Source: Gemmatimonadota bacterium
GTDB taxonomy: Bacteria > Gemmatimonadota > Gemmatimonadetes > Longimicrobiales > Gaopeijiaceae
Direction of reading: 5' to 3'
Assembly: GCA_039589315.1 (NCBI GenBank)
Contig: JBDHHQ010000009.1
Location: 30,972-94,971 of the forward strand
DNA length: 64,000 nt
Under the pieces are notes generated by a model. It saw only the letters and a list, made by a program, of their open reading frames with translations. It had not been told where the DNA came from and did no database searches. Positions 56,598-64,000 of the stretch are shown here, piece by piece (position 1 is the first letter of the stretch; every line of letters begins with the position of its first letter). Both the position numbers and the translations under genes were made by a program.

Positions 56598-57215
56598 GTG
56601 TTCTCCGTACACCTCCGTCACGCCCTGATTTCCGTACTCGTGGCGCTCGTTGCCGCGCCCGTCCTCGCGCAGGAGCCCCTGGACGAAGACGAGAATCTCG
56701 TCGTCTATCGGGCTCGCCTCATGGATCGCGAGATCACCTTCGATCAGCCCCTGGTCCAGCACGACGGTCCCTACGTGGTCGTGCACCTGGCCGAAAACCG
56801 GGTCTTCGTGATCGACGGAACCGAAGCCGTGTGGAGCGCGCCTGCCGGCACCGGGACCGGCTTCCGCCTGGCCGGGCAGGGCAAACGCTGGAAGTTCACG
56901 ACGCCCAAGGGGCTCTTCAAGATCCTCCGGAAGGAGAAGGACCCGCTCTGGATCCCACCGGATTGGTATTACGTGGAGAAGGGGATCAGAATCCCGCCGT
57001 TCCAGTCCCGTCCCGGCCTGCCCGGCGTCATGGGCACGACGGCCGTCTACCTGGGCGACGGACTCGCGATCCACGGCACGAACAGCCCGGGCCTGCTGCT
57101 GAACCCGGATCCGGAGAAACGCCGCGTCTCACACGGTTGCATCCGTCTCACGAACGAAGCGGCGCGTGAGCTGTATCACATGATCGACGTGGGTACTCCA
57201 GTCCTGATCTACTAG
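56598..57215 (+). CDS. L,D-transpeptidase (YkuD family)
   Basis: Signal ...PVLA|QE; TPKG, PLWIPP, IHGTN, SHGCIRL, GTPVLIY. Confidence 0.92.
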   Translation: MFSVHLRHALISVLVALVAAPVLAQEPLDEDENLVVYRARLMDREITFDQPLVQHDGPYVVVHLAENRVFVIDGTEAVWSAPAGTGTGFRLAGQGKRWKFTTPKGLFKILRKEKDPLWIPPDWYYVEKGIRIPPFQSRPGLPGVMGTTAVYLGDGLAIHGTNSPGLLLNPDPEKRRVSHGCIRLTNEAARELYHMIDVGTPVLIY

Positions 57216-57224
57216 CGCCACCAT

Positions 57225-57686
57225 ATGGACGACGCTGGCCGCAGGGTCGTCGGCCGCAACCGCAAAGCCCGACACGAGTACGAGATCCTGGAGACCTTCG
57301 AGGCCGGCCTGGCCCTGAAGGGTCCCGAAGTGAAGTCCATCCGGGCCGGCAAGATCGGCTTTCAGCATGCCTACGCCCGGATCGAAGCCGGAGAGGTCTG
57401 GCTTCACGACCTCCACGTGAGCCCCTACGAGCCGGCGACCCGGTGGAACGAGGATCCCCTCCGTCCCCGGAAGCTGCTGCTGCACAGGCACGAGATCCGT
57501 CGGCTTCGGGGCAAGGTGGAGGCCAAGGGCTTCGCGTTGATCCCCCTGGACCTCTACCTGAAGCGGGGCGTCGTAAAAGTGACGCTGGCCCTGGCTCGCG
57601 GACGGAAGCTGCACGACAAGCGGGAGAAGCTCCGCCGGGAGACGCAGGAACGGGAAGCCCGCAGAGCCATCGACGCGCACCGATGA
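57225..57686 (+). CDS. smpB: SsrA-binding protein
   Basis: NRKARHEY, EAGLALKGPEVKSIR, RKLLLH, ARGRKLHDKRE. Confidence 0.97.
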   Translation: MDDAGRRVVGRNRKARHEYEILETFEAGLALKGPEVKSIRAGKIGFQHAYARIEAGEVWLHDLHVSPYEPATRWNEDPLRPRKLLLHRHEIRRLRGKVEAKGFALIPLDLYLKRGVVKVTLALARGRKLHDKREKLRRETQEREARRAIDAHR

Positions 57687-58840
57687 TGGCTCGTCCCCGC
57701 CGCGCCCGGATCTGCTGCGGAGTCCTCTGCGCCCTCCTCGGCCTCACTGCTTCCGCCCACGCCCAGGCCCCCGTGTCTGCCGAAGGGGCGGGCTCCGCAC
57801 CGGAAGGCTCGGCCCCGGTCCAGTGGGACCGCGGCTTTGCCGCGGCGTCCATCGGGCTGCTCCGGGTGAGCGGGTGGGACGTGATCGTGGACGGTGACTC
57901 GGCGACGGCGCGAAATCCCGACGGAACCCTCCTGCGCGTGCGCGCCGCGTCGCCGTTCGTGTTCCGTAACGACGAGCTCCTCCAGCTCGCGGATGCTCCT
58001 TATCGGGCAGCCGGCGCCTTGTTCGTGCCTCTTCAGCTGCTCGGCGAGCTGGCCGGTGAGCCCCTCGCGCTGGATGCGTCGGGTCACGTCTCGCTGTTGG
58101 CCACCAACCGCACGGCTCCCGATCGGATGGTCGTGATCGACGCCGGGCATGGAGGTCGAGATCTGGGGGCCCTGGGGTACGGTGGCGTCCGGGAGAAGGA
58201 CGTGGCCCTGGCCCTCGCGCTGGAGTTGGCGCGAGAGCTGGAGGAACGCGGATACGTGGTATACCTGACGCGCGAGACGGACGTGTTCATCCCGGTGTGG
58301 AACCGGGGAGCGCTGGCGACGGAATGGAGGGCGGGTCGCCCGGCCGTCTTCGTGTCTCTGCACGCCAATTCCCAGCCGGGCTACCGAGAGACGCGCGGTT
58401 TCGAGACGTACGTCATGGCCGACGCCAGAACCGAGCATGAGCGTCGGCTCGCCGCGATCGAAAACGCGAGCGCGCCGCCGGCGGCGGAGGGAAGCTCGGC
58501 CGAAGATACCGGCCTCTCCTTCATCCTGGGCGAGCTCGTGAACCTCGACCACCAACACTGGTCGGCCCACCTGGCCAACCTCGTGCAGGAGGAGCTCGCT
58601 ACGGTTCATCCGGGGCCGAACCGTGGCGTGAAGCAGGCGCCGCTGGCCGTGATCACGAATGCCCTCATGCCGTCCGTGCTCGTCGAGATCGGGTACGTGA
58701 CCAATGCCGCGGAAGAGAAGCTGATCGCCGAGCCGGATTTCCACAGGGACGCGGCGGGGGCGATGGCGACTGCCGTGGGCCGTTTCTTCGCGGGGTATCC
58801 GCCGGCCCAGGGTCACGGCACCGTGGGCAATCCCGAATGA
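57683..58840 (+). CDS. N-acetylmuramoyl-L-alanine amidase (Amidase_3)
   Basis: Signal ...SAHA|QA; VIDAGHGGRD, EKD, LTRETD, SLHAN, VLVEIGY. Confidence 0.93.
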   Translation: MMARPRRARICCGVLCALLGLTASAHAQAPVSAEGAGSAPEGSAPVQWDRGFAAASIGLLRVSGWDVIVDGDSATARNPDGTLLRVRAASPFVFRNDELLQLADAPYRAAGALFVPLQLLGELAGEPLALDASGHVSLLATNRTAPDRMVVIDAGHGGRDLGALGYGGVREKDVALALALELARELEERGYVVYLTRETDVFIPVWNRGALATEWRAGRPAVFVSLHANSQPGYRETRGFETYVMADARTEHERRLAAIENASAPPAAEGSSAEDTGLSFILGELVNLDHQHWSAHLANLVQEELATVHPGPNRGVKQAPLAVITNALMPSVLVEIGYVTNAAEEKLIAEPDFHRDAAGAMATAVGRFFAGYPPAQGHGTVGNPE

Positions 58841-60537
58841 CCAGAATCGCCGTCGCCCTCGTCCTGCTCTTGGGAGCCGGCGGCTGTGCCTACTACAACT
58901 CGCTCTACAACGCGAACCGAGCCTTCGACGAGGCGGAGGACGCTCGTCGCGAGGGTCGGGAATCGACGGCTCGGGCCAAGTACGCCGAGGCCATCGAAAA
59001 GGCCGCGAAGAGCTATCGCGACTCTGGGGAGGGCCGGTGGGCGGACGACGCGCTCTACCTCATCGGGCGTGCCCACGCTCGTCGAGCGGACTGGCTCGAG
59101 GCCCAGGCTGCCCTGGACGCCGCCCTCGCCGTGTCGACCGACTCGCAGCTGAGGTCCGGAGCCCGGGTCTTCCTGGGTGCCGCGGCCGTCTCGCTGGGGG
59201 AAGAGGACGCGGGGATGGGGCTCCTCGACGCCGCGCTTGCCGAGGTGGAGGATGAAGCAACGCGAGCCGAGGCCTTCCTCTGGCGCGCGCGCGCCGGCTT
59301 CGCCGCCGGTGATCTCGAGCAGGTCTGGGCCGACCTCGACAGCGCCGCGGTGGGAGGGGATCGCTACCGAGTCGAAGCGGCACTGGACCGACTGTCCTGG
59401 GCCGTGGACGCTGGGGCTCCCGACGAGGCGGTCCGCGGCGCCCGCACGTTGACCGGCAGCCGACGGGCGGCGCCCGCGAAGGACACGGTGACGGTGCTGG
59501 TCCGCGCGGCGTGGTCTCGCTGGGGAGCGGAAGGGGCGGGGCCGCTTCTGGTCGGCGTCGAGGACGCACCCTGGCCCCCGGCCGACCGGGAACGCCTGCT
59601 GCTGCTTCGGGCCGAGATCGCCGCGGCGGGGGGTGACACGGTCACGGCGCTGGCAGACGCTCGCACCGTCGCGTCCGGGGTCGGGCCGTCTGCCGACGAA
59701 GGCCGGGTGCTGTTGGCCCGGTGGGAGCTTGGCGCGGTGACGGAGCCTGCCGAGCTCGAGGGCGTGCGCGACATGCTGCTGCCCGCCGTCGGGTCGACCG
59801 AGGCCGTGGCGTTGCTGGACGGAATCAAGAAAGTGGGCCTGATGGTGGAGCGGTCGGGGCGTCGGGGGCAGGAGCTCGCGCTCTTCGGGGCGGCCGAGCT
59901 CGCCCGCGATACCCTGCAGGCGCCCCTTCTGGCACGGACCTTGTTCCTGGCCTACGCCGACCTGCAGGCCGGCTCGGCCTGGGAGGGCAAGGCACTTCTG
60001 GCGGCGCTGGCGCTGACTCCCACCGAAGCCGGGCGGGGCGAGGTGCTGTCCCGTCTCGAAGCCATTCCCGACAACGTCTACGCGGCCGCCGCGCGATGGG
60101 AGCTCGGGGACCGTCAGGCCGAATTCACGGTACTGGAGCGACGGCTCCAGGGGCTGCTCGGGACCATCGGCGCTCAGATCGCGGCGGAAGCCCAGACCCG
60201 CGACGTCCTGGTCGCTGAGGCGGTGCGCACGCTGGACAGCATCCGCACGACGGAGGCCATCGCGCGGCGTCTCGCCGAGGGGGACTCGACGGTCCTGGAC
60301 TCGCTGCGGCAGGATTCCGTGAGGCTGGACTCCGTCCGTCTGGACAGCATCCGGGGGTCGTCGGGCCTCGACTCGCTCTTCGCCGACACCCTCGGCAGGG
60401 ATACCTTCCCACCAATGGTGGAAGCGAACGGAAGGCGGGGGCCGGCTCGGCCCCTGATCCGGCGCCTTCGTGCGAGCAGTCAGACGGACCCGGGCCCGCG
60501 GAGTCCGGTGTTTCCCCAAGGAGCGGAGAATCGGTGA
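58837..60537 (+). CDS. TPR-like lipoprotein with C-terminal LDSxR repeat tract
   Basis: Lipoprotein-like signal ending GGC, then AYYNSLYNA; WADDALYLIGRA; all-helical; tract DSTVLDSLRQDSVRLDSVRLDSIR. Confidence 0.75.
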   Translation: MTRIAVALVLLLGAGGCAYYNSLYNANRAFDEAEDARREGRESTARAKYAEAIEKAAKSYRDSGEGRWADDALYLIGRAHARRADWLEAQAALDAALAVSTDSQLRSGARVFLGAAAVSLGEEDAGMGLLDAALAEVEDEATRAEAFLWRARAGFAAGDLEQVWADLDSAAVGGDRYRVEAALDRLSWAVDAGAPDEAVRGARTLTGSRRAAPAKDTVTVLVRAAWSRWGAEGAGPLLVGVEDAPWPPADRERLLLLRAEIAAAGGDTVTALADARTVASGVGPSADEGRVLLARWELGAVTEPAELEGVRDMLLPAVGSTEAVALLDGIKKVGLMVERSGRRGQELALFGAAELARDTLQAPLLARTLFLAYADLQAGSAWEGKALLAALALTPTEAGRGEVLSRLEAIPDNVYAAAARWELGDRQAEFTVLERRLQGLLGTIGAQIAAEAQTRDVLVAEAVRTLDSIRTTEAIARRLAEGDSTVLDSLRQDSVRLDSVRLDSIRGSSGLDSLFADTLGRDTFPPMVEANGRRGPARPLIRRLRASSQTDPGPRSPVFPQGAENR

Positions 60538-61526
60538 GCGTGGACCTCGGGCAGACGGTCTTCGGCCTGGACTTCCAGAACCCGGTGCTTCTCGCGGCCG
60601 GCACCTGCGGCTTCGGCATGGAGCTCAGGGACGTCACGGACCTCGAGTCGCTCGGGGGATTCGTGACCAAGTCGGTCACAGTGGAGCCGCGTCAAGGGAA
60701 CACCGCGCCGCGGGTGGCGGAGCTCGAGGGGGCCATGCTCAACTCCATCGGGCTGGCGAACCCGGGGTTGGACGCGGTGCGCAGAGAGAAGATCCCCTGG
60801 CTGCGGGACAACGTGAGAAGCGCGCGTGTGTTCGTGAGCGTGGCCGGCCACCGCGTGGACGAGTACGTGCGCATCGTCGAAACGCTGGAGGACGACGACG
60901 GCTTCGACGGTTTCGAGCTGAACCTGAGCTGTCCGAACGACGCCCGCCTGGGCGGTCGCCCGTTTTCCCTGGATGCCGAGGCGTTGACCGAAGTAGTGGA
61001 GCGAGCCCGACGGCGCACAGAGCGGCCGCTGCTGGTAAAGCTGGCACCCAACGACCCAGACATCGGGGAAACCGCCTGGCGGGCTCAAGAGGCCGGAGCG
61101 GACGGCCTCACGCTCGTGAACACCTTGCCCGGGCTCGTCCTCGACACCGAGACCCGCCGCCCTGCGCTCGGCGCCGGTTCCGGAGGGCTCAGCGGGCCGG
61201 CCCTGCGGGCGGTGGGCGTGTACGCGGTGTGGCGGTCGCGGAACCGGGTGCGCATCCCGCTGGTGGGCGTTGGCGGCATCTCCAGCGCCGCCGACGCGAT
61301 GCAATACCTGCTTGCCGGGGCCTCTCTCGTCCAGGTGGGAACCGCCTCCTTCGCGGACCCGGGGACCGCCGAGCGTGTAATCCGCGGGTTGAGACGGTAC
61401 GGCAGAACCCACGGCGTCGACCGCATCGAGGAGCTGGTCGGGGAGGCACAGCTTCCGGCAGCGCCGGCTCCAGCGCCCCGGGTCGAACCGGCAGCGGAAA
61501 CAGAGGAGGCCTCTTGGCCGAAGTGA
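60534..61526 (+). CDS. pyrD: Dihydroorotate dehydrogenase, class 1 catalytic subunit
   Basis: NPVLLAAGT, TKSVT, MLNSIGLANPG, ELNLSCPN, VKLAP, VNT, GGLSG, VQVGTA. Confidence 0.95.
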   Translation: MSVDLGQTVFGLDFQNPVLLAAGTCGFGMELRDVTDLESLGGFVTKSVTVEPRQGNTAPRVAELEGAMLNSIGLANPGLDAVRREKIPWLRDNVRSARVFVSVAGHRVDEYVRIVETLEDDDGFDGFELNLSCPNDARLGGRPFSLDAEALTEVVERARRRTERPLLVKLAPNDPDIGETAWRAQEAGADGLTLVNTLPGLVLDTETRRPALGAGSGGLSGPALRAVGVYAVWRSRNRVRIPLVGVGGISSAADAMQYLLAGASLVQVGTASFADPGTAERVIRGLRRYGRTHGVDRIEELVGEAQLPAAPAPAPRVEPAAETEEASWPK

Positions 61527-62227
61527 TCGTCGCCCTGGACTTCGACAGCCGGGAGCCGGCCCTGGAGCTGGTGGACGTCCTGACCGACGAGGCCGGATTC
61601 TACAAGGTCGGTCTGGAGCTCTTCACCCGCACGGGACCGGACGTCCTGGAGGAGCTCGTGGCGCGCGACAAGAGCGTCTTCCTGGACCTGAAGCTCCACG
61701 ACATCCCCAACACGGTAGCGGGCGCGGTGCGCGCCGCGTCGTCGGCGGGCGTGCGGCTGCTGACGGTGCACGCCTGGGGGGGGGTCGAGATGCTCGCCGC
61801 CGCCGCCGGTGCCGCGGACGCGGACCTCGAGATCCTGGCCGTCACGGTGCTCACGTCTCTTTCCGGGTACACGCTGGGCCAGGTTCTGGGCCGCCCCGGC
61901 GCCGAGCCGCTCGACGAGGTCGAGCGGCTGGTCGGCATGGCCCAGGCAGCGGGCGTGGACGGCGCCGTATGCTCGCCTCACGAGGCGGCCGTCGTTCGGG
62001 CGGTGGCGGGGCCGGGCTTCACGATCGTGACGCCGGGTATCCGCCTCGCCGGCGGAAGCGCGCACGACCAGGCACGCGTCGCCACGCCGGCGACCGCGGC
62101 AGAAGCCGGCGCCGACTACCTCGTCGTCGGCCGGGCCGTCACGCAGGCGCCCGACCCGGTGGCGGCGCTGCGGCGGATCCGGGCCGAGGCCGGTGCTGAT
62201 CGCCGGACGGCGGAGACCACCCGGTGA
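61514..62227 (+). CDS. pyrF: Orotidine 5'-phosphate decarboxylase
   Basis: IVALD, KVGLEL, FLDLKLHDIPNT, VTVLTS, VTPGIR, DQAR, VVGR; TTG start after GAGGAGG. Confidence 0.95.
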   Translation: MAEVIVALDFDSREPALELVDVLTDEAGFYKVGLELFTRTGPDVLEELVARDKSVFLDLKLHDIPNTVAGAVRAASSAGVRLLTVHAWGGVEMLAAAAGAADADLEILAVTVLTSLSGYTLGQVLGRPGAEPLDEVERLVGMAQAAGVDGAVCSPHEAAVVRAVAGPGFTIVTPGIRLAGGSAHDQARVATPATAAEAGADYLVVGRAVTQAPDPVAALRRIRAEAGADRRTAETTR

Positions 62228-62688
62228 GATCGGGGAGCCGCCGGACCGGACTCGCGCCAGGTCCGCTCCTTTGGGCCGGGCTGGTGGCCGCGACGGTCCT
62301 GGCGGGTCCTGCCGCCGGCCAGCAGGACGCGCTGGAGCAGGCCGCCGCGTCGTTCGCCCAGGCGTTGGCCAGCGGGGATCAGGCTCGGATCGCCGAGGCC
62401 CTCAGGCCGGACGACGTGCTGCTGGCCCTGCTGGGCCGGGAGCACGGTTCGCTGGAGCGCCGGCGCGCGGCTTCTGCCCTCAGCGACTTCTTGAACGCGC
62501 ACGAGTTCCGAGAGGTGACGGCGAAGCGGATCTCGGAAGTCGGCGGTAGCCCGCCCCGCGGCTTCGCGGAGTTCACGTGGACGGCGGCCCGACCCGAGAC
62601 GTCCGAGGTCCTGCAGTTCACCGTGTTCGCCGAGTTCGTGCAGGAAGACGAGGACTGGCAGGTTTCGGAGGTTCGCGTCCTGCGGTAG
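62224..62688 (+). CDS. Small exported protein, NTF2-like/DUF4783-like fold suspected
   Basis: Signal ...PAAG|QQ; helices followed by strands ending WQVSEVRVLR; GTGA overlap with pyrF. Confidence 0.6.
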   Translation: MRSGSRRTGLAPGPLLWAGLVAATVLAGPAAGQQDALEQAAASFAQALASGDQARIAEALRPDDVLLALLGREHGSLERRRAASALSDFLNAHEFREVTAKRISEVGGSPPRGFAEFTWTAARPETSEVLQFTVFAEFVQEDEDWQVSEVRVLR

Positions 62689-62786
62689 AGTGGTTGGCTC
62701 GAAAGCACCGGAGCCGCGGCGGGCGCCTGGGCGCCGTATCCCGCGAGGCCGATGTCGGACATCGAAAGAGAGCAGAACGACCCGAA

Positions 62787-64000
62787 ATGGCGCTTCGACT
62801 GAACAACACGCTGACCCGCTCCGTGCAGGAGTTCGAGCCGCTGGAGCCGGGGAAGGTCCGCGTGTACGCCTGCGGACCCACGATCTACAATCACGCCCAC
62901 ATCGGCAATTTCCGCAGCTTCATGGTCTACGACCTGCTTCACCGGTACTTGAGGTGGAGCGGATACGACGTCCGTTTCGTCATGAACCTGACCGACGTCG
63001 ACGACAAGACCATCGAGACCGCCGCCGCCCACGGCGTGAGCGTCGACGAGTACACGACCCCGTTCGCCGAGGCCATCCTCGGTGACGCCCGAACACTCGG
63101 GATGCTGCCGGCCGAGAGCTATCCGCGGGCCACCGAGTACGTCGCCCCCATGGTCGCGTTCATCGAGCGTCTGGTCGCGAACGGGCTCGCCTACCACACG
63201 GACGACGGTGTCTATTTCCGGATTTCGGCGTTTCCCGGGTACGGCAAGCTGAAGGGCCTCGACCCTGCGTCGATCAAGAGTGGGGCCCGGGTGGCCGTGG
63301 ACGAATACGAAAAGGAAGACGCGCGCGACTTCGTCCTCTGGAAGGCGGCCAAGGAGATCGACGAGGAGACCGGGGCCGCGTGGGACTCGCCGTGGGGCCG
63401 GGGACGGCCCGGCTGGCACCTCGAGTGCTCGGTCATGGCGGTGACGGAGCTGGGCGACACGGTCGACGTCCATCTGGGAGGCGAGGATCTGGTCTTTCCT
63501 CACCACGAGAACGAGATCGCCCAGTCGGAGGGGGCGACGGGGCAGCCGTTCGTCCGGTACTGGATCCACGTCAAACACCTGATCGTCGAAGGGCAGAAGA
63601 TGTCCAAGTCCCTCGGGAACGACATCCGTGTGCACGACCTTCTCGATCAGGGCTACGAGCCGGCCGCCATCCGGCACCAGCTCATCTCGGCCCAGTACCG
63701 GAGCGAGTCATCTCGGCCCAGTACCGGAGCGAGCTGAACTTCACCATGGCCGGGCTCGCCGCCTCCGCCCAGGCCGTGCAGCGGCTGCTGGACTTCCGCG
63801 ATCGCCTGGAGGGAGCCGCGGCCGCCGCCCATGCAGAGCCGACCCGTCTGCCGGAGCTGGCGGAAGGCCTCCTGGACGGATTCCGAACGGCGATGGACGG
63901 CGACCTGAACTCGGCCGAGGCGCTGGCGGCGCTGTTCATGTTCGTCAAGGAGGTGAACGCCGAGCTCGACCGGGTGGGCGACCAGGTGCGGCCGGACGAT
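62787..64000 (+). CDS. cysS: Cysteinyl-tRNA synthetase, frameshifted by a 26-bp duplication and running off the window end
   Basis: YACGPTIY, HIGN, DFVLWK, GRPGWHLECS, DLVFPHHENE, KMSKS; continues in a shifted frame as ELNFT...AMDGDLNSAEAL. Confidence 0.95.
63682..63733 (+). repeat. Perfect 26-bp tandem duplication inside cysS
   Basis: TCATCTCGGCCCAGTACCGGAGCGAG at 63682-63707 and 63708-63733. Confidence 0.95.

Noticed and set aside
57225..57686. tmRNA gene near smpB
   Set aside because: Flanking genes abut or overlap smpB, and no GGGG...CCACCA tRNA-like ends were seen.

Overview
GC-rich, densely coding bacterial chromosomal window with about 52 CDSs. Gene content and protein style suggest an FCB-group organism, probably Gemmatimonadota (inference only). 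I found no rRNA, tRNA, CRISPR array or mobile element. Housekeeping genes include a fused E1 alpha/beta 2-oxoacid dehydrogenase, coaE, nrnA, a Fur-family regulator, speB, a cardiolipin synthase, ccdA, murQ, nrdJ, rocD, a DksA-like factor, rnd, pyk, pgi, smpB, pyrD, pyrF and cysS, mixed with many envelope genes. The most interesting signal is a possible Bacteroidota-like maturation system for exported proteins. (i) All six predicted signal-peptidase-I substrates begin with Gln, and a lipoprotein type-II glutaminyl cyclase homolog is encoded here. (ii) A TPR lipoprotein carries 8 clustered D-[ST]-[AILVMT] motifs, the Bacteroidota O-glycosylation sequon. (iii) Three GT-C-fold membrane glycosyltransferases are present, including a DUF2723/TMEM260-like gene inside an outer-membrane operon (barrel-TPR-Ig protein, EF-hand-loop TonB-dependent receptor, two beta-propeller lipoproteins). 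Other points of note are an in-frame CoaE-PHP fusion next to NrnA, a metallopeptidase-propeller-Omp85 fusion, tandem NrdR boxes plus an 11-bp-phased DnaA-box array upstream of nrdJ, and an ARG box at rocD. Two genes look damaged or mis-assembled: an internally deleted PLP decarboxylase, and cysS with a 26-bp duplication that shifts its frame. All calls come from motif recognition by eye; no database searches were run.
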